From the NCBI GenBank assembly GCA_951406725.2, contig OX597832.1:60636001-60700000 (forward strand): a stretch of 64,000 nucleotides of DNA. Direction: 5' to 3'. How positions within the stretch are numbered: position 1 is the first letter of the stretch; every line of letters begins with the position of its first letter. Shown one piece after another: positions 1-11,909 of this stretch. The notes beneath the pieces were generated by a model. It was not told the DNA's origin. It saw nothing but the letters and a program-made list of their open reading frames with translations, and ran no database searches. The DNA is from Octopus vulgaris (lineage: Eukaryota). The translations under genes were made by a program, and so were the position numbers.

Positions 1-13
1 ACTTCTTGGAGTC

Positions 14-212
14 TTTTACTCTTCTATTTGTTTCAGTCATTTGACTGCAGCCATGCTGGAGCACCGCCTTTAGTCGAGGACTTATTCTTTGTAAACATAG
101 TACTTATTTTACCGGTCTCTTTTGCCGAACCGCTAGGTGACAGGGATGTAAACACACCAGCATCAGCTGCAAGCGATGTTGGGGGGACAAACACAGACAT
201 ACAAACATATAT

Positions 213-262
<50 letters not shown>

Positions 263-400
263 GACAGGCTTCTTTCAGTTTCCGTCTACCAAATCCACTC
301 ACAAGGCTTTGGTCAGTCCGAGGCTATAGTAGAAGACACTTGCTGAAGGTGCCACACAGTGGGACTGAACCCCGTTACCATGTGGTTGGTAAGCAAGCTA
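14..400 (-). mobile_element. tRNA-derived SINE, family A, 5'-truncated, with TSD
   Basis: Reverse complement matches family A copies at 44838 and 54146 (GGTTCAGTCCCACTG box-B region, internal TA/CA tract, 3' GACTGAAACAA..AAAAGA). Flanked by direct repeat CTTGGAGTC at 5-13 and 401-409. Confidence 0.9.
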
Positions 401-1136
401 CTTGGAGTCGGTAAAACTATACCAACTCTGATTCCAACTCACAATGTCTTTATTCTTTAATATGAACCAGTTATAACATATAGGCCTACTCAAAGTACAA
501 GCGTATGCATATGCTTTATGGGGTATGCAGACCACAATCATTTGATTACATAAAGAGGAGTCAGAGTCAGAGGTGCATCAAAGTTTCTTGTTTCGACTCC
601 ACAGCCCTGCTTATAAGCCATCAAATATGGTTAATTCAATAACCAATGCCCGCATAAAAAAAAAAGACATAGGTATGGTAAAAACAGATAAGGCACCACA
701 AGGTGGGATTGAACTTGCAACAAAGTTAAGTGCAAGTATAAAGATTTTTAAGCATGACACCACACCACAGGTGCCGACAGTAAGCTGCCTTTAATCCTTG
801 AGCAGAAGGAGAAAATGAAAGGTGTGATTTGAAGAGGAGATAAATTGTTGAGCTAAGCAGCTTCCTGCTATGCTGGTAGCATTTGCTGGGTAGGGAAGGA
901 GAGAGGGGAGGTCTGAGGGTATGGAGAAAGAAGTGGGACAGGAAGGGGAGGAGTAATGAGGGAAAAAGGAACCATTTAGGATCTACAGCAAATAGAATCT
1001 GATTAGTTTATAGCTGGCTTAGATCTAAAGAGATTCAGGAATTGCAAAGAAGCTACCTGTCTCTTGACATTATCCTTCCTGTTTCTCATTTAAAAGTGTA
1101 AGAATTGAAGACTTCTGAGGAAGGAAGAGAATCGCT

Positions 1137-1492
1137 GGCGAGGCTGTGTGATAAGAGGTTTGCATTGCAGCCACATGGTTGTGGGTTCAGTACCACACGG
1201 TGGTACCTTGGGTGTCTTCTACTCTAGCCTGGGGAATGGTGGGGTGGATTTGGTACATGGAAACTGAAAGAAGCCTCTTGTATATAAATATGTATATATG
1301 TTTGTGTGTTTTGTGTTTGTCTCCCACCACCACCACTATGACATGACAACCACTGTTGGCTTGTTTATGTCCCTATAACTTAGCGGTTGGGCAAGTGACC
1401 AAAAAAAAAAGGAAATACTGGGGTCAAATTGATTGACTAAACCCTTCAAGACAATGCGCCAGCATGGTCACAGTGCAAAGAGCGAAACAAAT
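1137..1492 (+). mobile_element. SINE family A, diverged near full-length copy
   Basis: GGCTGTGTG..GGGTTCAGTACCAC head, GTGGATTTGGTA.ATGGAAACTGAAAGAAGCC core, CCAGCATGGTCACAG tail, as in the other copies. Confidence 0.85.
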
Positions 1493-1515
1493 GTGTGTGT
1501 GTATGTATGTGTGTG

Positions 1516-1551
<36 letters not shown>

Positions 1552-1795
1552 CAAACACACACACATTACATTTACAAACACATACTCATTACATACATAC
1601 ATACATACAAACATACACACACACACACACCATCATTCAGTCAGCTGTAGATTTCAAGGGCAATTGTTACTTTGCAGTTGGCAGAAGCAACAAGTACCTT
1701 GCTCAAGTACCTGGTCTTGGAATCAAACACCCATCCTTCTAATTGTGAGCCACACAGTTTAATAACTAAGGTCAGTGTAATCTTCATATACTTAA

Positions 1796-2017
1796 CCCTC
1801 TTGATACTAACCCGGCCAAAACTGGCTCTGGCTCTGTAGTACAAATGTCTTGTTTTCATAAGTGTTTCATTAAAATATACCACTAAACCTTAGTCTTAAT
1901 TTATGATCCTAACAGTAGCTGAATGATAAGTAAGGTATTTTACTAAATTCTTTGTTATATTTACAATTAATTGAAAGAAATATAGAGCATCTCAAAATGA
2001 ATATGGTAACGAAAGGG
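1796..2017. mobile_element. piggyBac-type MITE, family P1
   Basis: TTAA|CCCTCTTG...GAAAGGG|TTAA (TTAA at 1792 and 2018). Homologous copies at 29239, 29492 and 40907. Confidence 0.85.
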
Positions 2018-3974
2018 TTAAATACAGTTTTTGTTTACAAAGACAAGATATATTCATGTATATTTTTATGAACATACATGCACACACACACACACAAACT
2101 ACGATGCCAAAAGAAAATCACCCAGAAGGCTTTTGTCAAGCAAAGCCAGGGTAACAATGTTTGCACAAGGAACTGAACCTGAAATCATATGAAAGCAGGA
2201 GAAATTTCTAAAACATGTGGCCATGCCAGCACCAAAATTCCCTGGCAGAGTTTCTGACCAAGTAGAATTAACAGGAGGGTACAATGGGCCTAAATTGATT
2301 TACTTTCATCAGGCCTTAAAAGACAATAGCTTGTAGCAAAAGAGTGGGGGAGAACAAAGCATTTTAGTCAAGCTCAAATTATTAAAGCTCACTGTGAGAT
2401 GTGGACATTTGCCGAACAATCAATGTAGCTGGGATTCTTGCCAGAACGACATGACCAATTTTTGTCAATACGATGAAAGAAATATTTAAGAACACAAAGC
2501 AGCAGAACAATAATTTTTATTTGGCAACACATAGATTTCATTCTGTATGACAAATCCAATCAAAACAAAACACTGCTTTCACAAAAGCAGTTTTCTTCAC
2601 TGTATATATATATATCTTTTTTTTTTCTTCATTTTGTATTCATTTCTTCCCTTTTTTTTTTTGTTAGTAAGTACCATAAATGGTTCGAGACTGCAGACTA
2701 TGTAATTGGTCATGTTGTTTTTTCTTCAACCAACTGAAAGTATGGCAGTCCAAATATATTAAACAAGGTTTACTGCTGCATTATGTATCTACAGCCAACA
2801 TACCTAACTCTCAATGACCATAAGTCAACCCTTGTTGGAACTCTCAATGACCACAAACCCACTCGGGTCTGAAGGTACTTACTAAGCATAACAACTCACT
2901 ATTTCTTTTCTAACACACCATTGCTTTCATTGTTAACACAAGAAGGCCTGAAATTCTGGGTAAAGTGTTTTAATTGATTAAACTGATCAGAGTACACTCT
3001 ATAGATATTTTATATCAATGACCCCTAAAAGGATGAAATCGGTAAGATTTCAATCCAGCTTATAAAAAGCCAGAACAAATACTAGAAAGCAATTTGTCCA
3101 GTGCTCAACAAATTCTCCCAATCCAAATAACAACAATGAAAATAATAATAACAATCTTTTCTACTATGGGCGCAAGGCCTAAAACTTTGAGGAAGGGAGC
3201 TAGTCAACTACATTGACCCCAGTACAACAATATCATATTAATTATACTGAAACAAAATTTTTAGTTTGAGAAGTGCTTAACTAACTGTGATAGCCAGTAA
3301 AAGACTAAGCAGGGATCATTATAGTTGAGTATTCCCTTCAAGGGAGTGCTTCAGCATGGTCCAATGCTTGAAACCAGTAAGAGGGTAAAAGGATTGCTAC
3401 ACTCCTGGTACGGTTGTGTGGTTAAGAAGCTTGCTTCACAATCACATGGATATAGGTTCAGTCCTACTACAGGGTAGTGTGGGCAAATGTCTTCTAAATT
3501 CTGCGCAAGTCTTGAATCAGTTTTTACATTCCATTCCTTCAGATTCAATAAATTGGGAACCAGTCAAACAAATAGTGAAGGTACCATTTCTTCTCTCTCT
3601 CTCTCTCTCTCTCTATCTGTCTCTCTCTATCTGTCTCTCTCTATCTGTCTCTCTCACACACACACACTTTATTGGTGTCATTGATATCAGGAAGTATGGG
3701 AAATCCAATTGGCATAATTGATAAAAAAAAGTCTCCAGGGAGCTCAGAAGAGTTATCCACACCCCAGGATTTGGCAGCAACTGTAGATACACTGTATCTG
3801 GGGAGAAAACTGGATGGTGATGGCTGGGGCATTTTTTTTTTTTTTTTTTGGCCATAGGCCTACAGAATGAAGGGTTGGCCTTGTGTTGAGTCAACAGAGG
3901 AGTAAGCCATTTCAAAACAACTAATAAAAAGGAGATGTCATTTGGAAACAATCTCATACATTGTACAAATACCA

Positions 3975-4010
<36 letters not shown>

Positions 4011-4186
4011 TAAACTCTACACCTACGTTAGTTATTTTTTTTAACGTTTCAACCTCTTTCATGTGCTGCGTGTATGATGACTGCTTATGTGTGGGTGGGT
4101 GTCAATGTATGTGTGTATTTATGTAAGTTCTATAAATATATGTGCATGTGTGTGTATATATAATGTATTTATGTACCAATATACAT

Positions 4187-4236
<50 letters not shown>

Positions 4237-4703
4237 GGTAGGTATGTGCAACACCCAAGCATAAATATGAATGTATGTGAAAATGAACAAAGAATACACA
4301 CACATGCACAGATATGCACACACACACACACATACATGCACACTGACACACATCCTGTTCATACCAGTTAACTCTGCAATAGGAAGTCTTGAAAACAATA
4401 GAACACAGAATACACTCACATGCGAGTGCACGCACACGCACACAAGACAAAAAAAAATCCTTTTAAATGTAAAATGCCATCACTTTTAGCACACCACCCG
4501 TCCCCCCTTCCCAACACAAACACTATGTACATTATGAATTGCATCAACGCCTACATGGATCATCATTGCTACAAGAGGAGGGAATGTCGCTTTTCACACT
4601 ATTGTTGACAAAAATGCATTTCATGTGCATATACACGCATATATGAACATTATTATTATTCATCATGTTAGACAAAACATGAGCAACAAGAGCAAACACA
4701 ACA

Positions 4704-4930
4704 TCATCATCATCACTATTTTAACGTCTGCTTTCTTATGCTGGCATGGGTCACATGGAATTCACAGAGGCAGATTTGTCTTTTTTTTTTGCTTTGTTTC
4801 GTTTTTTTTCTTTACATCTGGATGCCTTTCCAGTCACCAAACCTTGCCCGTTTCCAAACAAGTTAATATTTCATGACCAAACGTGTTTTGTCGCAGAAGA
4901 TTGGAAATGGATAACATTACTTGCATGATG
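4704..4930 (-). mobile_element. SINE/RTE-tail-like repeat, family C, diverged
   Basis: CATCATCATC..TTTAACGTCTG..ATGCTGGCATGGG..CTGGATGCCTTTCC is the reverse complement of the family C 3' end seen at 12728 and 44696. Confidence 0.7.
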
Positions 4931-4937
4931 ATGATGA

Positions 4938-5080
4938 AGGCATGTGATCGAGTGGTTACACAGTTGCACTCCCGATTGCAAGATCGTAGTTTCAATTCCC
5001 AGGCCAGCCATGCATTGTGTCCTTGAGCAAAACACTTTATTTTATGTTGCTCTCTTCCGCTCAACCGCAAATGAGTAACC
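4938..5080 (+). mobile_element. tRNA-derived SINE, family D, 5' part
   Basis: A-box-like AGTGGTTA, B-box-like GTTTCAATTCCC, then TGTGTCCTTGAGCAAAACACTTTATTT shared with minus copies near 27800, 32100, 33880, 37430 and 50850. Confidence 0.75.
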
Positions 5081-5609
5081 TTATCGGGTGAGATGGTAAC
5101 TTGGGAAAATCACCGAGATGGAGGTTTGGCAGGCCAAGTTTTGAATTCAGGGGTTGAAAGGATGGTTAGTACAAACTGTACTGTGAATCGCAACAGGTTG
5201 AGATTGGTTATTCAACGACATTGAAGGACGAACAAACGATGACGATAGTTTGTTCACAACTATTGTGCAACATCAGAATAACAAGACATATCTATATATA
5301 ATATTAGGGAGTATAACTGCATAATAGTGGGGGTTTTTCTCTAATTTATATATATATATATGCAGACAACTATATGTTTAGGGGCATGTGTATTCATGCG
5401 TGTGCATGTGGTCTCTTACAGTGACCCAACAGAGATCACTGGATGGCACAGACAATCAACTTCTATGCATGATCTTTAACATCTTCTATGCCAATCCTAT
5501 CTCAAGCACATTATCTTAAGATCATCTCTACAGAAATTATAGACAGCACTGATTAGATTATGACATTTCTATAGAAAATCTGTAGAAATAAACTTGAAAT
5601 GTGATTAAA

Positions 5610-5826
5610 CCCTGTAGCATTCAGATTATTCCATCAAATGTAATGCTTATATTTTCATATTGTTTTGAATTAATCATGTATTATCTTTTGGCTTCAAGAT
5701 TTCAATAATCTGATTGTTTATTTTTACCATGACATTGTAGAGTAGGTGTAAGATGTTGGATATGGCCAGGTTGAACATAAAAGAGGCAAAATATTTTGGC
5801 TGGATATAGCTGGGTTAACATGAAAA
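5610..5826. mobile_element. piggyBac-type MITE, family P2, diverged
   Basis: Starts CCCTGTAGCATTCAGATT. Body homologous to 15139-15353 (opposite orientation), 28623 and 34577. Confidence 0.75.
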
Positions 5827-7428
5827 GACACAGTATTGACTTATAAAGCGTGCAACGAAACACGGTATTCCTACAGGTAATTAATATCTCAAGCGAGTCA
5901 CTATATGGATATTTATTGGCCATCAGCTGGGCAATCAAACAAACACAGCTAAAATCCACAGATAAACCTGTCACTGTGCTTTTCTTTTTTCATATATAAT
6001 CCCCTGGAGATGTTCAAGCTTGGTCAGGTTTGGATGACATTTGTCTGTGAAGTTACTCAAGCCACAGGGCTGTGCAGTCTCAGAGTTGGTAAACGCAATG
6101 TCAGGGTCAACGTTCACAGGTGATGTGGTGCATACTAACAAGAAATGTGCATGAGTGTGTATGTGTTTGTGTGTACACGTGTGCATATACTATGTGTGTG
6201 TGTGTGTGTGTTTCAGTATGCTTGCATTCATATTTGTTTGTGTGTGTGTGCTCATGTTTACATTTGGGCTTCTGTGAAACTCCCTGAGCTGCAAGTGATG
6301 AAGTTATTTTCCCCATCAGCAAATCTTCTTCTGGCTTTGGCACCTTCAAAACAAGCGAAGATTAGCAACAGGATGGACATCGGGCTGGAGAATAATATCC
6401 TAATAATAATCTTTCGGCATGAAGTGAGCAGTTTTGAGGAGAGGGCCAAGTCATTTACATTGAGCTCAGACTTGAGTGGGGTTTATTTACTTCATTCCAG
6501 AAGGATGAAAGGCAAAGTTGACCTGGGCAGAATTCGAACTCAGAACATAGAGAGTCAGGAGAAATGCCACCAAGCATTTCGTCCAGTATACTAATGGTTC
6601 AGCCACTTCGCTGCCTACATGGTGAAGATTATGCGATGCAATTTACATTCATATACACACGCATGCATACATACACACATATATACATGCATGCATAGAT
6701 ATATAGATATGTACAGACATAGTGATATACACACACACACACATACATGTAATAATAATTCATTTAACCCATACAAGATTTTTTTTAAATGGACAGAGAA
6801 ACAAAATGAAAAACTCACTAAGCATGAGTTCACGCACACACATACACAAGTTGTGTGAGATGTTTAGCCCAAGGTCTATCTAGATAAAATTTAGCCCAAG
6901 GTCTATCTAGCTAAAGTAGGCTGATAATAGAATTAGAAGTCATAACTATCTCACTACATTGTTTATCTGAGATATTAAATCTTTTAATGTGTCAATTTTT
7001 GCTGGGTTTTAAAAAGTGGTGTATGATTTGAAGAAATCGGGTTGTTATTTCTAGCAAGAAAAACCCACTGTGTAGAAGTTACTTCATTGGCTCATGGAAA
7101 GCGGATGCTAAACAATGATGATGATGATCATCATCATCGTTTAACAGCCATCTTACACGCTAGCATGGGTGGGACGGTACAAGAGCCAGCCAAGTCGAAG
7201 CCTGCACCAAACTTCTGTGACTGTTTTGGCATGGTTTTTACAGCTTCCAAATGCCAACCACTTTACAATGTGAACTGGGGTGCTTTTAAGTGACACCTGC
7301 ACTAACAGTGTCACCAAGTACTTGCATGACCGAAAAAAGAAAAAGAATACTCATATGGAGTATATACATAAGCTTGTGTTTATAAATGTATATACATGCA
7401 CCAACACAAACATTAATGCCTGTGAAAA

Positions 7429-7664
7429 GGCGGCGAGCTGGCAGAAACGTCAGCTCGCCGGGCAAAATGCGTAGCAGTATTTTGTCTGCCGTTACGTTCT
7501 GAGTTCAAATTCCGCTGAGGTCGACTTTGTTTTTCACCCTTTCGGGGTGGATAAACTAAGTATCAGTTACACACTGGGGTCGATGTAATCGACTTAATCC
7601 CTTTGTCTGTCCTCGTTTGTCCCCTCTATGTTTAGCCCCTTGTGGGCAATAAAGAAATAAGAAA
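7429..7664 (+). mobile_element. tRNA-derived SINE, family B, full-length young copy
   Basis: GGCGGCGAGCTGGCAGAA (A box), GAGTTCAAATTCC (B box), GTCGACTTTG..CCTTTCGGGGT core, TAGCCCCTTGTGGGCAATAAAGAAAT tail. Confidence 0.9.
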
Positions 7665-8358
7665 CATTAGTGCATGCATAGATGTGTCTATGTGGAATGA
7701 AAGTATGTGAAGATGTATACACGTGCTCATGTATAGAAATACAAGTGTGTATTAAGAATGTGTGTATATGCATAAAAATGAATAAGCACATGAAGGAATG
7801 TATCTGAATGTCAGTTCCCTTGTCACAAATTATAAGAAAGGGTGGCAGCAATTGTCTGTAAAAACGGTTTGGTATGGACACAGGTCCATGAAATAAAAGC
7901 AAAATAAGAAAAAGAAAAAGGAAAGAATGAAAGAGATGAAGGAAGAAGGGATGAAAAGATGGACACAAGAAAGTCAAATTACATACATTTTCTTTATATT
8001 CAGTGTAGGAAGCCAACTCTTACTATTTACTTTTTTCACTGTACGCACTTAACGTCATAGCCCCAAATAATTTGTAGTTCATATGAACATTAGTTGAGCA
8101 CACAGGTGTGTGCGTGTGTTATGTCAATGCCCAAAACTCTCATGACTTGAGTCACTCGCTAACTTCAATAGCCATACTGGGGCAACACTTTAAGAAGCTT
8201 AGGTAAACAAATCAAAGGAAATCCTTTTTTTCCCACTTTTACTAAGCCTGGTGGTAATTCTATCGGTCCCTTTTGCCAAATTCAGATGTAAACAAACCAA
8301 CACCAGATGCCAAATGGTGGTGGGAAGAAACATAAAGCATAGAGATACACACACACAG

Positions 8359-8392
<34 letters not shown>

Positions 8393-8443
8393 ACATACAC
8401 ACACATGCATGTGTGTGTGTGTGTATATAAATATATATATATA

Positions 8444-8665
8444 TTGGGTTGGTGCATAATTGTGGCTTTTCTTCAACAAATTTTATTCAACAAAAACAAT
8501 ATTTAACAAAAACATCTTGAAATGACTGTCTGACCATCTGCCAAGCAAATGGGAAGCAGTAATTGAAGTAGATGTTGAATATGCTCTGGAATAATCATTT
8601 TAAGATGTTTTTGTTGAACAAAATTTGTTTGATAAAAAGCCGCAACAATTATGCACCAACCCCAA
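8444..8665 (+). mobile_element. mariner-derived MITE retaining the transposase C-terminus
   Basis: Long TIRs TTGGGTTGGTGCATAATTGT.. / ..ACAATTATGCACCAACCCCAA in a TA tract. Internal piece translates DHLPSKWEAVIEVDVEY, like the mariner C-terminal LPxRWxxVIExxGEY motif. Confidence 0.85.
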
Positions 8666-8759
8666 GATATATATACATACACACACACAAACACACACAT
8701 AAACACTGATTTTACACCAATTTTTCTCAAACTTGCACAAACTGAATAGGTCTTCTCCA

Positions 8760-9215
8760 ACACATCAGCTGGTCCATCATCACTGCGGTCCTTTCATCAT
8801 CCTTCTTTCCTCCTTTTGAAAAAGTTTAACCTCCTAACATCCTTACATCCACTTCTCCATTCCATCCTTACCGCCCACATATTCCTCAACCGTTTATTTT
8901 TTTTTCCTCTCTCTCTTTTTCTCTTCCACAGATCTATTCCAATCGAAACATTTGGCACGTCTTCAGGCATGTCTTCACTCGACTGTCATCCTCTGTACGC
9001 ATCACAAATCGGCACTAGTGCAGTCTTCTGTTTCACACAATACCCCCCGATTCATCTTACACCCGACTTCTCTCTCACTTCATTTGTGCTCTGTCGTTCA
9101 TTCACACAAACATTAAATACGCAGTGGAGCATCAGCACCAGGTTTCTTTACAATATTTTGGTACATTCTCCGCATTCAATGCCTAGCGTCTTGCTACCAT
9201 ACAACATGCCACTTT
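8760..9215 (-). mobile_element. Decayed RTE-clade LINE, RT 3' region
   Basis: Minus-strand frameshifted translation gives MLYGSKT..., VNERQSTNEVREK.GVR..., EDDS.VK.C, matching RTE motifs (MLHGSETW, STNELREKLG). Homologous to 41270-41785. Confidence 0.8.
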
Positions 9216-9223
9216 GATCTTAT

Positions 9224-9249
9224 TACACACACACAGAAATGTACATACA

Positions 9250-9311
<62 letters not shown>

Positions 9312-9512
9312 CACACACACATATATATACACACACACATATATATATACACACACACATACACACATACATATACACACACATACATATACACACACAT
9401 ACATATACACACATACATATATATATATGCACACACACACACATACATATATATACACACACACACACATACATATATATACACACACATACATATATAT
9501 ACACACACATAC

Positions 9513-9545
<33 letters not shown>

Positions 9546-9761
9546 CACATACACACATATACACACACACACACATACATATATATACACATACACACAT
9601 ACATATATATACACATACACACATACATATATATACACATACACACATACATATATATATATACACATACACACACACATACATATATATATACACATAC
9701 ACACACACATATATATATACACACACACGTACATATATATATATACACACACACGTACATA

Positions 9762-9797
<36 letters not shown>

Positions 9798-9830
9798 CAC
9801 ACACACACATACACACACACACATATATAT
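9224..9830. repeat. Compound (CA)/(TA) microsatellite mosaic
   Basis: About 600 bp almost entirely ACAC/ATAT alternation. Confidence 0.95.
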
Positions 9831-10344
9831 CTTCACATCTATATACATGCATATAAACATATGTACACACAAATGTGATGCGGATGTAAGATGATAATGA
9901 AAATGAGTGATGTATACATGTATTCTTACCACTTGTGGGTGCATGAGCCTGTATCATATCTTAATGTAAGAGTGTGTACACACACACACACACACGTGTA
10001 CGAGTGTATGTGTAATGTGTGGTGTCGGGCATGTGCATGTGTGTGCGCAAACGGGTGTAGGCATGTACATGTATGTCTATATGTAAGCATATACACATGT
10101 GTATACATATGATATACATCAACCGAATCCTAGCTGACAACAGGATGTATATACATAGAGATGTCAAGGCTTTCTTGGGAATTCCTTTCCTCATCTTTGT
10201 CACATCCTCCCAGCCTAACAGATACTTTCTTTCATTTTCTTTTTCACATTTTTAAGTTCAATGATAGTGTTTCCAGTTGTCATAATTTTACTGGATCACA
10301 ATTATTATTATTATTATTATTAATAATAATAATAATAATAATAA

Positions 10345-10747
10345 TCGTCCTTTCTACTGGAAGCACAAGGACTCAAATTTGGGGGAAGGGATTATGTCAA
10401 TGACATCGACCCCAGTGCGTAACTGGTACTTATCTAATCGACCCTGAAGGGATGATAGCTAAAGTCGGCTTTGGCGGAATTTGAACTCGAAACGTAGCAG
10501 CAGATGAAATACCACTAAGCCTAACAATAATAATCCTTTCTACTATATGCACAAGGCCTAGAATTTTGGGGGAGGGGGTAAGTCGATTGCATCAACCCCA
10601 CTCCAGTTTCACTGGTACTTAATTTATTGGCCCCAAAGGGATGAAAGGCAAAGTCAGTCTCAGCAGAATTTGAACTCACAATGTAGTGGCAGACGAAATA
10701 CCGCTAAGCATTTTGTCCAGCATGCTAACAATTCTGCCAGTTCACCT
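10345..10747 (-). mobile_element. Two tandem SINE family B copies
   Basis: Two units CCTTTCTACT..CACAAGG..GATGA..GGCAAAGTC..GAATTTGAACTC, at about 10345-10520 and 10533-10747, embedded in (TAA)n. Confidence 0.85.
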
Positions 10748-10756
10748 AATAATAAT

Positions 10757-11128
10757 AACAAGTGCACTCAGAGAGTGCAAACCTCTGCCAAGGCAACACC
10801 AACATCCTCTCAACGATTAGCCAGAGATGATTTTTAAAAGGAGAATATCTGAAATAAACTGGACTGCTCTCACAAATGAGAATACTAAAAATGAACCCAA
10901 CCGCTCTCAAAAATTAAGTAAAAAAAAAAAAAAGAAAAAACAGGAAAAGCAATCCAGAATCTGTCCGGTACCACCGGATTGATCCCAAAATCTAATCAGT
11001 TTGTGCCAGTCATGAGGCCAAACATCCCTGAAAGTTTCATCCGAATCCATTCATCGGTTCTTGAGATATCTTGTCCACGGACAAACAAACATGACTGAAA
11101 ACAATACCTCTGCCTTTGCTAAGCCAGA

Positions 11129-11135
<7 letters not shown>
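10757..11135 (-). mobile_element. Helentron-associated (HINE/DINE-like) non-autonomous element
   Basis: One end AACAAG-TGCACTCAGAGAGTGCA (hairpin)-AACCTCTGCC. Other end ACCTCTGCC..CAGAGGT palindrome into (TAA)n, with a short CAAA run. This matches the HINE/DINE-1 layout. Confidence 0.7.
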
Positions 11136-11169
<34 letters not shown>

Positions 11170-11170
<1 letters not shown>

Positions 11171-11382
11171 GGTGGTGAGCCGGCAGAATGGTTAGTGTAC
11201 TGGGTAAAATGCCTTGTGGCCTTTCTTCCTTCTTTACATTCTGAGTTCAAATTCTGACAATGTCAAAATACTGCCTTTTATCCTTTCAGGGGTCAATGAT
11301 ATCAGTCAAGTTACGAAGGTTCATATAATCAAATAAACGATCTACTCCACAGTTGCTGGCCTTGTGCCCAAATTCGAAACTA
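11170..11382 (+). mobile_element. SINE family B
   Basis: GGTGGTGAGCCGGCAGAA..CTGAGTTCAAATTC..CCTTTCAGGGGTCAAT..GGCCTTGTGCC. Confidence 0.8.
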
Positions 11383-11448
11383 TTATTGTTTTTATTATCA
11401 TTCTCTAGGGGAAGAGTTGAGGGCGGGGAATGATACAGGGGAGAATTA

Positions 11449-11608
11449 CTGTATTTTAACATGTGTAAGGAACCCTTTTTTGTCAAAAATTAGGTTAAAA
11501 AAATATGAGTTCCTTACACATGGATAGTATTATAATCCCTTACAAAACCTATTTTCCAAATTTTAAGTCCCAAAAAATAGGGGGTTCCTTATAGATGTTA
11601 AAATATGG
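11449..11608. mobile_element. Tc1/pogo-type MITE
   Basis: TA|CTGTATTTTAACATGTGTAAGGAACCC ... GGGTTCCTTATAGATGTTAAAATATGG|TA. Second copy at 46255-46416. Confidence 0.8.
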
Positions 11609-11621
11609 TACATCAAATCTT

Positions 11622-11909
11622 ACACATTATTTGCATTTGACGGATATTTGTCCTCATCTTGTTTGTTGTTAACACAACATTTCGGCTGATATACCCTCCA
11701 GCCTTCATCAGGTGTCTTGGGGAAATTTCGAACCTGGGTTCTCATTCCTAAGGTATTTTTTGATGTTATTATTATTATTATTATTATTCAAATCACTGCC
11801 TGGAATCGAACTCGGAATCTTGGGGTTAGTAGCCCACACTCTTAACCACTACGCTATATGCCCGTGTAAATAATGTACATAATTCCTCATCTCTTAAATA
11901 TAGAACTGT
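11622..11909 (-). mobile_element. tRNA-headed retroposon containing a hammerhead ribozyme
   Basis: TSD ATCAAATCTT (11612-11621, 11910-11919). Minus-strand tRNA-like head at about 11863-11792 with A box TAGCGTAGTGG and B box GTTCGATTCC, then (AAT)n, then hammerhead core. Confidence 0.8.
11671..11716 (-). ncRNA. Minimal (Penelope-type) hammerhead ribozyme motif
   Basis: Minus strand GACAC-CTGATGA-A-GGCTG(GAGGGTATAT)CAGCC-GAAA-TGTT-GTGTT: both core boxes, a perfect 5-bp helix II, helix I GACAC/GTGTT and a vestigial helix III. Confidence 0.75.

Noticed and set aside
9183-9957. Long ORFs in all six frames (also near 16000, 17000, 20800, 55000)
   Set aside because: Translations of TA/CA dinucleotide repeats, which contain no stop codons.
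11792-11863. Bona fide tRNA gene
   Set aside because: No acceptor stem and embedded in a TSD-bounded retroposon. The same holds for the other SINE heads.
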